64,000 nt of DNA from Podarcis filfolensis (Eukaryota), in NCBI GenBank assembly GCA_964270895.1, contig OZ185437.1; one strand, given 5' to 3'. The position numbers and the translations under genes were made by a program. A model generated the notes under the pieces. The model had not been told where the DNA came from and did not search any database. It saw only the letters and a program-made list of their open reading frames with translations. This document shows, one piece after another, positions 25,146 through 38,288 of the stretch; the stretch's first letter is position 1; each line of letters opens with the position of its first letter.

Positions 25146-25309
25146 GTGATGTGCCAGTGGGTGGAATACTTGAGAAAAGAGCTCTGCAGGTTCTGGCTCC
25201 AGTCCTTTCCAGTGTTCTTTGATCTAATGTTGGTCATTGTTGTTGGAGTTGTTGGAGCAGCTTTAATCATCAAAGTCTTAAAAGTGTTTTGCCCCTCATG
25301 TGAACCCAG
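25146..25309 (+). CDS. GINM1: GINM1 exon 7 (164 nt), transmembrane helix
   Basis: VMCQWVEYLRKELCRFWLQSFPVFFDLMLVIVVGVVGAALIIKVLKVFCPSCEP; ttgcag / gtaaat flanks. Confidence 0.95.
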
Positions 25310-25733
25310 GTAAATGCCTTTCTACATTTCATTCTGTAGAACCAAACTGTTACTTCAGAAAAAAAGGAGCTTATTTCTGACTACTGTTTTCTTTCCCTGC
25401 TTAAATTTTTGTGAGCATAGTCCAGTTCCACAAATGTAGTTCTCCTAAAATATTATAATATATTGACCCTTTTAAAACCATTCTTCTATATTTCAGGTGC
25501 AGCTGTTTTGAACAGTTGCTCTTCCTAATAGGCACTATAAACGCAGAAGACAAACTTTTTTTTAACAGTCTTAGCTTACCATGCTTACATATCTGTTGAA
25601 GTAAACTTGTTTTTGTTGTACAGTTTTCAGTTCTGAAGCTGAAACAACACTGTTAAACTGGGCATGACAACTGGTAAGAAAAACCTTGAATTTCTGAAGT
25701 CTAGATTTTAATGACTACCTGCTTCTTTTTCAG

Positions 25734-25836
25734 GGGAGTCCTTCAGGTTGATCTCAGTGTCGTCCCTGTGGTCGGGATCAGCTTACTTCCAGATATTCCA
25801 GAGAAGACAGATAATATAGAGGAAAAATGTATTTAA
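25734..25836 (+). CDS. GINM1: GINM1 exon 8 (103 nt to stop); total CDS 975 nt = 324 aa type I membrane glycoprotein
   Basis: GVLQVDLSVVPVVGISLLPDIPEKTDNIEEKCI*; exon lengths sum to a multiple of 3. Confidence 0.92.
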
Positions 25837-26610
25837 ACACATTCACCTTAATTGTATGAATTTGTTGACACGGTATTTGACACTTGATTCTTAATATATT
25901 GTGTACCCTTTCCTATACAGACTATGAACTTTCAATGTTTTAAAATGTTTTAAGAGGCCCCAAAGACTACATCTCCACTTCAACCACCTTAATAAGTTAT
26001 TGACAGAAGGGGGGGGGAATAGCAGTTTCCTTCCATAAGGACTTCAGCAAGTTCTAACTTCTATGAAGTAATTTTCCATCTCCTCATAAAATCATCCCAA
26101 CTACACTGGTTGCATGAACCTGCCACACTAATCTAAATAACCTGCTGCCTTGAAACATCCTGAGATTTCAGTAATGATACGTGAACATAATTAAGACTGC
26201 AGCCTTAAGCTCCACAGAGCAATGAAAATAATAAGTGATTAGACCCCAGCAACATGGAACAGCATGGACAGGATTGTACACACCCGTGAGAAAAGGAAAG
26301 CTAATTTAGGCCTGCTGTCCTTAAGCGTGCCTTATGGGAGAGGTCGAGAGATAGCTTTCATTCTGCTCTTACAACAAATTCAGTATTGGTGCGGTGCTTT
26401 TTGGTGCATGAAAGGCAATCTAACATTACAAGCACTTTATTCAGTCATTTTTTTAAAAAGGCCTCTTCCCACTAAAAGTTGTGTTTGTAAAACTGTACTT
26501 CTTGAAGTTGCAGTACAGTATAAATGCCTCTTACCCAAGAGAAAATGTCTTCAAGATCCCAATTTACTAAGAATTGTTTTACATATGGATTTGTACGATC
26601 ACAGCTTTAC

Positions 26611-26844
26611 AATAAATCCTTATCCGTTGAGAGAAACTGGAGGCCTTGTATCATTCATGTCTATCAAGGACAGCAAGGCCCGACCCTTGCAAAACTGGTT
26701 TGCTTCGTATATTTTACAAGGGGTGGTTTATTTCACAGAGTTGCTACACTACCCTTCAGCATTACTGCTCCCAACATGCCTAACAAAAACACACCAGATG
26801 TATTTAACTGCTTAGAGGCGAAGAAAGCAGCAATGTAAAATAAA
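26611..26844 (+). terminator. GINM1: Candidate GINM1 poly(A) signals, AATAAA at 26611-26616 and 26839-26844
   Basis: Hexamers downstream of the stop; which one is used is unknown. Confidence 0.4.
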
Positions 26845-26903
26845 TTCTCAGCAGCAGATAAAAAACCCAATCACAGATTTAAAAAGCTTTAGGATTGTGT
26901 TGA

Positions 26904-27248
26904 AGGGACGCGGGTGGCGCTGTGGTCTAAACCACTGAGCCTTGGGCTTGCCAATCAGAAGGTTGGCAGTTTGAATCCCCGCGACGGGGTGAGCTCCTGT
27001 TGTTCGGTCCCAGCTCCTGTCAACCTAGCAGTTCGAAAGCACTAAGTGCAAGTAGATAAATAGGTACTGCTCTGGTGGGAAGGTAAATGGCGTTTCCGTG
27101 CGCTGCTCTGGTTTGCCAGAAGCGGCTTAGTCATGCTGGCCACATGATCTGGAAGCTGTCTGTGGACAAATGCTGGCTCCCTCGGCCTATAGAGTCGCAA
27201 CCCCAGAGTCGTCCGCGACTGGACCTAACAGTCAGAGGTACCTTTACC
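26904..27248 (+). mobile_element. Sauria SINE, full length
   Basis: gggacgcgggtggcgctgtgg head, ACCTTT tail, 16-bp TSD TTTAGGATTGTGTTGA at 26888-26903 and 27249-27264. Confidence 0.95.
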
Positions 27249-28029
27249 TTTAGGATTGTGTTGAGGAGTGTTGCTCAGCGGACCGTAAGGAGTCTGTCAG
27301 CAGACTAGGGAGGGAAGCAGCATCTCCTCCCCTGCACATCCCTCCTAAGTTAGTATGGAGGGATGAGGACTTTCCGGAGCAGATTTGGAGAGAGGAAGGG
27401 AAATTGCTTTGCTCCTTATTCTGCTGCTGGAAGCCTTACCTTCAGCCAAGCACCACCACTTAATGATCAAATGCTACTTTGGGGGCTCTTTCTACAGCTG
27501 AAAGATGGCACATAAATGCCTTTATAACATGAAAGCTAAAAGGCCTGGGGAAATAAAAAAATATATTTGCTTGGTGCCAGAAAGATAACGGAGGATGCAA
27601 CAACTGAAAAAACCCATATCCTAGCTGCTACCAGCATTACCTTTGGAGATGGGAGGACCCAGGGTGATCTCAGCATGAGGGCAGGTTCATGTAGCTATCA
27701 AGCCTATGACTTCACATGAAAAGAATGCCTTCAAATATTTTATATTGAAAAGCATTCCATTTTTGAGATAACTGCCATGCTAGAACACAAAGCACTACAT
27801 ATTCATAATACTGAAATGCTACTGCTGCTTGGTGAATAAGGTCTCCAGAGCAAAGTGTGAGACAAGGCAAAATATTTATTTTCTTACCAGCACCATGTTA
27901 CCCTTTATATATTGCCATTGGTTTTCTCCTGTGAATTCTCCTTGTGCCATTCGTGTTTCCCAGCACCACCTAGCATTGATTCCCATTGAATGTTTATGTA
28001 ATTCGCTAAAGTTACAGAATTAGGGCACT

Positions 28030-28165
28030 GTTAGTGAGTGGTTCCTTAGGCTGTATGGATGGGAGATTGCCTGTTCCTGATGGGATTATATACTCTGAAG
28101 GAGCAGTTATGTAGCTTGGGGGTTATTTTGGATCCTTTGCTGTCACCCGAGGCTCAGGTGGTTCA
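28030..28165 (+). mobile_element. Old L2 fragment
   Basis: ctgaaggagcagttatgtagcttgggggttattttggatcc matches the L2 LKDQVRSLGVILDS region. Confidence 0.6.
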
Positions 28166-28433
28166 CTTTTACTTATCATTAAAAGTGTAGGCAAACAGCA
28201 AAGCAAGCTTACTCTATTTGAATATAAAAAATTGAAAATGTGGATCTATGCCAAAAAGTTTTCCCCCTGTTATCTGTAAATAGGTACGTATAACACTTCC
28301 CAACTAATACTATTGCATTAGTTGGGTGCATAGATGGAAGTAAGACTAGTTTACATGCAAATACCTTGTGCAGAGAACAGAAGGGACAACTGGTGCAAGA
28401 GGTAAAAAATGAGCTGCAGTTTAAAAAACTAAC

Positions 28434-28439
28434 TTTATT
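28434..28439 (-). terminator. KATNA1: Candidate KATNA1 poly(A) signal AATAAA
   Basis: tttatt on + strand, about 127 nt past the stop. Confidence 0.55.
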
Positions 28440-28565
28440 AAGGATATTGCTGTTAACTGTAATTACAAAAGTTAAAAAATAGTACTCAGTGCCCTGTTGC
28501 ACTACTTTTTAATTACTTCTGGAATTGTTTGAAGACTTAAGGCAGATATCTCAAGGTAGGAAGGC

Positions 28566-28787
<222 letters not shown>

Positions 28788-29176
28788 TCATGAGAATACA
28801 CAATGCCACTGGTCCTAAGTAAATGGCTAATAGTAGTTGTAGATGAACACTGACATGCTTAAAATATCAAACAGAGACTGCTTGGAAAGTTTGACCTTCC
28901 ACACACAAACGGAAACACATCTGAGGACTTCGTACTGTATCCAGTACTACATGGATAGGGAACCTGTGGCTCTCCAGATGTTGGAGTCAGTCCAGCAACA
29001 TCTGGAGGCATGCAGGCTCCCACTTCTACAACAGTGGATTAATAACAGTTCAGTAGATCACATAAATCTATTGCAGTAATTTGGAATCTGAGACCCAGCT
29101 TGAAACCCCAGCTTACAGAGACACCTTTTTATCATTCTTTTCTCTCTCTCTGATCATGCATGTCTTATCCTTTGTA

Positions 29177-29386
29177 CAGTGGTATCTCGGGTTACATACG
29201 CTTCAGGTTAGACTCCGCTAACCCAGAAATAGTACCTCGGGTTAAGAACTTTGCTTCAGGATGAGAACAGAAATCGTGCTCCGGCGGCGCAGCAGCAGCA
29301 GCAGGAGGCCCCATTAGCTAAAGTGGTGCTTCAGGTTAAGAACGGACCTCCGGAACGAATTACGTACTTAACCCGAGGTACCACTG
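29177..29386. mobile_element. Tc1/mariner (Tigger/pogo-like) MITE
   Basis: TIRs cagtggtatctcgggtta / taacccgaggtaccactg; TA TSD on both sides. Confidence 0.9.
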
Positions 29387-29440
29387 TATATTCACAGAAA
29401 CCGCTACACATTTTTGGTATCTCCCTTTAGCAAAATGTCA

Positions 29441-29600
29441 CAAGAATCCAGGAAGTTGCCTTATACAGAGTCAGAGCATTGGTCCATCCAGCTCAGTATT
29501 GTCTACACTGACTGGCAGTGGCTCACTAGGATTTCAGGTAAGGGATGTTTCCAACCTAGGAATTTATGCATTCAGAGCAGATGCTTTACAGCTGCAGCTC
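29441..29600 (-). mobile_element. Squam3-like SINE fragment
   Basis: Reverse complement of 22060-22230. Confidence 0.7.
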
Positions 29601-30319
29601 TGTCAAATATCAAAACTGCCTTCAGTGGGAAGACAGGAATTTCGGTATTTCAAACAGTGACACCGGCTAGGCTAATAGATGACAGAAGGCAAGGGGTGTG
29701 GAGTCATTTTGGAGGGGCCGATATGGGCATTACCCTCTTCATTTTGCAAGGGCTGAATGGATTCAGCTACTGAGAAAAAGCACAAGTAGTGCAGTTGAGA
29801 CAGGTATGGGGTTAGAGAAAGATTTACTGAGTGAGGCAGGAAAAAAATAACGGAGAGGGAGTAGAGGGGAGTGGAAGAAATAAGAGAAGGTAACTGATGT
29901 GGATGAGGAAAAAGTGAATATGGCCAGAGAAAAAGGATAAAACAAAATGTAGAGTGGAGAGGAACAATACATGAGAGGTGTGCACCAAGAAGGAAAATAC
30001 CCATCGTGGCAGAGAATGGGGACTAGGGGGAAATGGTATACAAACCTGCCATTCCCCAAGTTCAAGGAAAGCAGAGAAATAGGTTGAATCTCTGCTTTCC
30101 TTGAACTAGAGGAGAATGAAGAGGGAGAAGAATAAAGACTGCCTGGCTGGGAAGTAGTTTCAGTATAATATTTTTTTTATCAAAGCAGCAGTAAGCCAGT
30201 GGACAAACGGCAACATTAATGTATTTTCATAAACAAATTTTGGATTCCAATAGAAGCCCCAATTAAATGATTATTCATTCAAATTTCTGAGCAGGTATGC
30301 TTAAAACAGGCCTTAATTA

Positions 30320-30562
<243 letters not shown>

Positions 30563-30873
30563 TCAAAAATGGGTTCCTAAACATGCACTTAGTTCTGCTT
30601 TTTGCCACCCGAGAATCTTGTGTGCCAAAGTTTACAAGCAACAATCTACCAAGGAAGGGAAGTGATTTTCACTGCAACCCAAACTGCCACCCTAATCACA
30701 GCTCTGGAGGTTCAGGGGACTTCCCAGGGGAGAAGGGAACACTGTCCCTTCCATAGAAGGCAGCACAAACCTGGGATTCTATTTCTTGGGGGAGTATTTT
30801 CCCCGGAGGCCACTTGGAATCACCACCCCTATTTCCCAATACAGTCCTATACCAAATTCAGGTTCAGAATTCA

Positions 30874-31146
<273 letters not shown>

Positions 31147-31541
31147 TCACCTGCATAAAATGGCAACAGATTTGCACTGAACAATTTGAATAAAGTGTCT
31201 CTTGGCTATTGAAGCAGCTCCCCCTGCTGCTGCATTTAATTACTAAAAAAGAAAAACAGGAGCAGAACGACTACGACAGCTTTGTAAAGAGGGAAAACAC
31301 TTTTCAGAAGTCTATCCACTGGTCTGCAAAATTAAGATTGTTCAATGATTCCACAACCACAGTAATTCAGACAGTGCTACATCCACATGATACACGTATA
31401 GCACAAAGCTACTACTCTAAACAGTCATACATAATTTCTGTTCCAAAGCAGAAATATTAGTACAGTGTTGCTACTATAATGTCACATCAAAGTTCCTACT
31501 TTGAGCTCCACATCTCTTTAACACAATGTGAACTGAGCTTA

Positions 31542-31697
<156 letters not shown>

Positions 31698-32154
31698 TCA
31701 ATTAAATCACCAGAAGTACCGCTGAGCTATGTTTAACAACTTACTTCACAAAAAACATGGCATATAACCTTGAAAGTCCATACAGTTTTTCCCTCTCAAG
31801 TCAGCAACCAGCACCAGATTTAGGGTGATTCGGGTAGTTCCCCTGCACAGGGTGCCGAGCCGAGGGGGTCCATCATCATCATCATCATCGCTATATTTAT
31901 ATGGGTACCTACTCAAAGTTTTTTTTTGGGGGGGGGACAATGCCAAATTTTGCCTTTGCTCAGGGCACCATATTACTAAAGTCTACCCCTGAAGCAACAA
32001 TCTTGGGTTCCCAGACACTGGACTTCAACTGCCATTCCTAGCCAGCATGGCCAAATGTTATGCATTAATCCAACATCCAGAGACCCAACAAACTTTCAAA
32101 TAATATTCTGGGCAGCATGCAAGCGGGCTTTGGAATGATTCATAATAAATTTAA

Positions 32155-32290
32155 AAAATCGTCCAGCAGCACCTTAGAGACCAACTAAGTTTGTTCTGGG
32201 TATAAGCTTTCGTGTGCATGCACACTTCTTCAGATACTTTTTAATTTTTTTTGACTGCGTCAGACCAACACGGCTACCTACCTGAATTCA
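32155..32290. mobile_element. Penelope-like element (PLE) pLTR remnant with inverted 5' segment
   Basis: gcaccttagagaccaactaag...gctttcgtgtgcatgcacac and tail cagaccaacacggctacc are shared with 47594-47802; PLE assignment is from recalled reptile Penelope/Neptune sequences. Confidence 0.75.
32200..32237 (-). ncRNA. Minimal type I hammerhead ribozyme motif
   Basis: Minus strand GUAU-CUGAAGA-A-GUGUGC(AU)GCACAC-GAA-AGCU-U-AUAC: stem I GUAU/AUAC, CUGANGA box, stem II, GAAA box, palindromic stem III, CUU triplet. Confidence 0.75.
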
Positions 32291-32430
32291 TTCATTAAAA
32301 AAGTAATAGAAGTTATACATTAACTTGAATGGTATGAAACCAAGGGAGGTGCTACTATGTAATTCACTGCTAAGTGGCAAAGCAACCTGTAAGACTTTAA
32401 TGGAGAGGGGTGGTGTGGGAATGAGGCTGG

Positions 32431-32432
<2 letters not shown>

Positions 32433-32472
<40 letters not shown>
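32433..32472 (+). repeat. (AC)20 microsatellite
   Basis: Direct sequence. Confidence 0.95.
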
Positions 32473-32475
<3 letters not shown>

Positions 32476-32762
32476 ACATTTTGTGATGCAACTGCATCAT
32501 GCTTGTCTGGTAAAGGAGAATAACTCATTGCAGTCAGATAGGACTGGTACTGCGTTAAGACAAAATTATGACAGTACAAGGAGTCTGGTCCACGATAGCT
32601 CAACGCTGGTCAGGCCTGCTCAACTGACCAATGTAACACAACAACCATTACATACAAACATGCATACCCTTTAGCTGCTGTACAACTAGAAGTCTGAAAA
32701 AAGCTTAAATTTCAGACGAGTAGCCAGGTTTTTGAAACACCTGTATATTCTAGAAACTATTA

Positions 32763-32969
<207 letters not shown>

Positions 32970-33218
32970 CTATGTAAAAGAGAAGAAGTCCAAAAAAATG
33001 TTCAGAAAGTTTCTCATTTGAGATATCTAGAACACATTTTCCATGGGAAATTGCTTTAGAACTTCCTTTTCTCCAAATGTGCTTTAATATCATGTCTAAG
33101 AAAATGGTATCCTAGCTCTGAGGATCAGAACAGCAGGCATTCTTACATAACTTGTTTACGTATCCAGATCACTACACATTGCATTCAGTGGAATTGTGAT
33201 ATATTATATTTTGCTCTT

Positions 33219-33583
33219 GGGACGCGGGTGGTGCTGTGGGGAAAACCTCAGTGCCTAGGACTTGCCGATCGTATGGTCGGCAGTTCGAATCCCCATGGCG
33301 GAGTGAGCTCCCATCTTTCGGTCCCAGCTCCTGCCCACCTAGCAGTCCGAAAGCACCCCTAAGTGCAAGTAGATAAATAGGTACCGCTTTATAGCGGGAA
33401 GGTAAACGGCGTTTCCGTGTGCTGCGCTGGTGCTGGCTTGCCACAGCAGCTTCGTCACGCTGGCCACGTGACCTGGAAGTGTCTCCGGACAGCGCTGGCC
33501 CCCGGCCTCTTAAGTGAGATGGGCGCACAAACCTAGAGTCGGACACAACTGGCCCGTACGGGCAGGGGTACCTTTACCTTTAC
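33219..33583 (+). mobile_element. Sauria SINE, distinct subfamily
   Basis: Same architecture with diagnostic differences; TSD ATTTTGCTCT at 33208-33217 and 33584-33593. Confidence 0.92.
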
Positions 33584-33714
33584 ATTTTGCTCTATTGCTA
33601 AAATGTGAGAAATTCTAGCCATACAATAATTCCATTCAGATTTTAGGTTAATACTAACGCATCATTTTCTCTTATTAAAATTGTGCCCAATCAGGACATA
33701 TGAAAAAATTATTA

Positions 33715-33864
<150 letters not shown>

Positions 33865-35110
33865 TTAACAGATTATGACACACTAGAAGCAACTAATTAC
33901 TGTTCCGTTCAAGAGTCCCTATCACAGTCGGACGGTGACCTTGGGTTAGCTTCTAAAAGATGCATTCCTACCTGCAGCTGAAACCTTCTATGACTCTCTA
34001 CAGAAGAATATCAAATAAATAGTTTCCCATTTGAATTCTATCTGCTCCCAGGTGTCAGCATTCTGTTCCAAGTAAATTTGCATGATCTGTAATTCTGTTC
34101 CAGGAGAAAACTATCAATACATCAACACACTTGTTGTTTGTACAAAATGTTCTTTCACATGGAAGTCTATCATAAAGTTGTTTTTAATATTAAAAGTTCA
34201 GGTGTTTTTTTCATTTAAGCATTTCAGTAATATTTATCATCCCTTTAAGTAACCTGGCTTAAAATGCTCTCTGAATGCAGGCACCACATTCAATTAAATT
34301 TTGACTTTTTAACACACCAAGTTAAAATATGATTTTATATATAAACCAAGGGCAAAAGTGATTTGAGGTGAAGCTTTATAAATACGTGCATTCGTTATAC
34401 AAATTATAAATATTCAAGAAGTCAAAAACCACAGAAAGGTATTCAGTGGGTGTCCCACTGCTGACAGAAAAAATATATTAGCAGACTGAGCAGGCTGGCT
34501 GTTTCCAGCAATTCCTCCTCCCCCTGCAGCCCCTCAAACCACCTCCTCCTCTAGAGAGTTTCAAAATATAAATTAAGTAACAAACAAACAATCACAACCA
34601 TAACCACAACCGTTACATTCTAAGTTATGGAGAAACATTATTTTGTACAGTATGTGCCAGCCCTTTCTTTGGGCACAAGTAGCCTAATATTATTCATATT
34701 TACTCAGCAGGGCACATTCCTCAGGATTTAGTAAGAATGAAGTGTTTCAGTATGAAGGAATTTGCTTTTAAAGTACAGGTTCATAATAGAAACAGAAACC
34801 AATCCATTGGTTGTATATAGCAAGTAAAGACCAAGGAAAGCAGGCAATTTGCTTCTCTAAGTCAGAAGAGTGTTCTTTTTCCCCCCTTTCAGGCACTGAA
34901 CAGGCCCAAATACAGACTACACAAGCTCTAATTTTATGATGCACAAACTCATTCTCCCACCCTCACTGAAAACTGGCTCATGTAATATTGTAAGAAAAAT
35001 TCTGTTGAGGCAAATTGATCATATTTTCCAGGGATTCTTGGTCCAAGTGTATACGTTAAGCTCATTTTATAACATTCCTGACTTATGTATAAACAAAGGA
35101 GAAAAATGTT

Positions 35111-35829
35111 AATTATAATATAATAACAATAATTTATTATTTGTACCCCGCCCATCTGGCTGGGTTTCCCCAGCCACTCTGGGCGGCTTCCATAGAAACC
35201 AAAAATACACTAAAATATCACACATTAAAAACTTCCCTTAAGATGTCTTCTGAATGTCAGGTAGTTGTTTATCGCTTTGACATCTGATGGGAGGGCGTTC
35301 CACAGGGCGGGCGCCACTACCGAGAAGGCCCTCTGCCTGGTTCCCTGTAGCTTTGCTTCTCGCAATGAGGGAACCGCCAGAAGGCCCTCGGCGCTGGACC
35401 TCAGCGTCCGGGCAGAACGATGGGGGTGGAGACGCTCCTTCAGGTATACTGGGCCGAGGCCGTTTAGGGCTTTAAAGGTCAACACCAGCACTTTGAATTG
35501 TGCTCGGAAACGTACTGGGAGCCAATGTAGGTCTTTCAAGACCGGTGTTACGTGGTCTCGGCGGCCGCCCCCAGTCACCAGTCTAGCTGCCGCATTCTGG
35601 ATTAGTTGTAGTTTCCGAGTCACCTTCAGAGGTAGCCCCACATAGAGCGCATTGCAGTAGTCCAAGCGGGAGATAACCAGAGCATGCACCACTCTGGCGA
35701 GACAGTCCGTGGGCAGGTAGGGTCTCAGCCTGCGTACCAGGTGGAGTTGGTAGACAGCTGCCCTGGATACAGAATTGACCTGCGCCTCCATGGACAGCTG
35801 TGAGTCCAAAATGACTCCCAGGCTGCGCA
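35111..35829 (-). mobile_element. 5'-truncated young L2 copy, same subfamily as 1-2734
   Basis: ORF 35225-35830 is nearly identical to the 3' end of copy 1, same 3' UTR; 14-bp deletion between AGG microhomologies at about 35238. Confidence 0.95.
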
Positions 35830-36435
35830 ACTCTTAACTCTTAACAACTCTTAAAGATAATTAGCAACTCTTAACAACTGTTGACTATCCCACATTGGGA
35901 CAGTAGTCATTTACGCTTCAGCCACTAAAACTACATCCTGTTCATAGCAAAAACAGGATGCCAACCAATTCTGTGAATGGCCACTCATCTGGCTATGTGG
36001 CAACAGGATTGCTTCTAAGCAAGGAAGTCTATAGCAGCATTAGTTAAGAGTATGCTTATTATTCTTTCAGACCACTGATGTTGTGGTATAGTATCTAGTT
36101 GTGTACCATTATTTTGCTGGTCCTGGCTGCACAGTAGGTATGATGTGGTGATATCCCCTCTATAGAAGCCTTGTGCTAGATTCAGCTGAACGATCCAAAT
36201 AAGTTGGCAGGTCAAAGTGGACAATATGTTGCACTGAGCTAGGCCTGATACACTTAATTCCTTGAATGTAATATCTTGCCGTAAATTGAATGAAAAATAT
36301 TATTAATGGAAGACCTACAATCTGTTGTCAATTAAATTTAATTTTTAACCAAGCATTAGCATTGCCCTCTTTAAAGGATTAAGCTTACACACATACTTCC
36401 CAAGTAAAAAAAATTACAGAGATGGGTTACACTTA

Positions 36436-36603
<168 letters not shown>

Positions 36604-37177
36604 TTAAAATTGTCCACACAATGAATCACTATACCTGGCTTAAGGCCCGCTTAATTATAATAGAAGCAAGGGTCCTGTAGGCAAAAGTGGGCATAGTCTA
36701 CACAGCTTACAGCCGCACCAGAATAATGCAAATTCAAGATGGAAATATAGCACTGGGTAGAACTATTAAAATCGTTCCCAAGTGCAGGCTAGCTAATTCA
36801 GAAGTTAGCTGAGCAATGAACTGATCTGGCACCTTGTTATAATAAATAATTCCGTTACTGAATTGTGGCATTAGGTATATTTATATAGCATTTTACAATG
36901 GAAATGTTTTGTAAAAGCACCCACGGCTCTACCCAACATTATCAAAGGCTGTTTCTCAGATGGAAGGACATAGTGGAAGTCTCTGCTAGTGGAAGAGGGG
37001 GAACCATTTTTACCAACCCCATTGATCCCTTCCCCAAAGATATATTCTGGAGCGTTGAGCAGTGCTGGAGTGCCATGGTGGGTGTTGGTGAAAATGGTCC
37101 CCTTCCATTAACTGAAGCCTCTACTATATCAAAAGTTATTCTGTGAATGGAATGACTCCATCCATTTGCGGAAACCA

Positions 37178-37313
37178 CAGGAGAGGGGAATGCTCTTGTG
37201 CTCGAATCCTGCTCACTGGTTTCCCACAGGCAGCTATTCAGCCACTGTGAGAACAGGATACTTGACTAGATGGGCCCTTGGCCTGATCCAGCAGGCTCTA
37301 CTTATGCTCTTAT
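37178..37313 (+). mobile_element. CR1 LINE 3' end fragment
   Basis: gactagatgggcccttggcctgatccagcaggctctacttatgctctt terminus. Confidence 0.8.
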
Positions 37314-37615
37314 TAAATACACTATAGCCTTCAGACTCTCTGAAAGGAAATTCTAATAATACTCATCTTTGTACCATTTGACAAAAACGCCATGTTTAGT
37401 TTCATTAAGGCTGCAATTCTATACACATTTACCTGGAAATATGCACTACTGAATGTAATGGGGCTTCAAAATTGACATGTTTAAAACTACTCTTCCCTAA
37501 AACCTTACACCTCCTGCCTCTTGAGAATGTCAATAGTGTATATGAGAGAGATCCAAGTGGTGAGAGGGGCACTTCTAAGAACGTGAAAAGCTAGCTTCAC
37601 ATTTTAGACACTCAC

Positions 37616-37799
37616 TTTTTCTTCTTTCATTTTATTCTGCGGATCCTTCTTTTCCCGGCCACGGATTATTTTGCCTTTATCGTTAGAGCTTCGGGAGGAG
37701 GGACGGCTGGAGACTTTAGGCGCTGCACTCACTCGATTATTTTGGCTCCTGCAATCACTGCAATGAGCAGACTGACGTTTCCTGGCTCCTGGTGAACTT
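37616..37799 (-). CDS. KATNA1: KATNA1 coding exon 3 (184 nt), linker
   Basis: SSPGARKRQSAHCSDCRSQNNRVSAAPKVSSRPSSRSSNDKGKIIRGREKKDPQNKMKEEK; ccag / gtgagt flanks; phase 2-0. Confidence 0.93.
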
Positions 37800-38130
37800 C
37801 TGGTTAGTTAGAAAATGTAAAAGAGGAAACTGTAATAAAGCTAAACTAAAGCAGCTTTCAACATAGGGACACGTTCATAAGCATTTTGTTTGGACCTATG
37901 AGGATCTGAATTGTTTACATTATGGGGCAATAGATCTTAGGAATCCCCCCACCCCCCGGCGAGGTCTGTGCTGAGGCTCCATGTGGACTGCTAAGGCATA
38001 TTCACGGGGGACAGCACAGCATGCTTTTTCCCTGACTTAGGAACTGGAACCAGTGTGTGGGCCTCCCAGACATTTTAAATGTAATGTTTTGGGCTTCCCT
38101 GATCCACTTTACACTCTTGGCGTCTCTTAC

Positions 38131-38288
38131 CTACGTTCGGCAGGTACAGGCAGGGACCAAACTTCTGCATCATGAGCTGGTAATTCTTGCTGTGCAGCTT
38201 TCAAAGGCGTGCTGTCTAATTTAAAGCTTTCTAGTGTTTTCATGATATCCTTCACGTGCTTCGCTTCTACACTTATCTCCTGCCTAAC
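38131..38288 (-). CDS. KATNA1: KATNA1 coding exon 2 (158 nt), end of MIT domain
   Basis: [52 protein letters not shown]. Confidence 0.96.

Noticed and set aside
11622-25733. Intronic snoRNAs in GINM1 or other introns
   Set aside because: By eye I found no box C/D pair with a terminal stem; a covariance-model search would be needed to exclude them
25825-25836. GINM1 C-terminal KCI as a prenylation or ER-retrieval motif
   Set aside because: Cys is at -2, not -4 (no CaaX), and there is only one Lys (no KKxx/KxKxx)
26264-26815. 183-aa ORF downstream of GINM1
   Set aside because: No recognisable domain, no splice or promoter support; lies in the probable 3' UTR
26904-26990. tRNA-like A/B boxes here and at other SINE heads
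   Set aside because: They continue into SINE bodies with TSDs and lack a full cloverleaf; not tRNA genes
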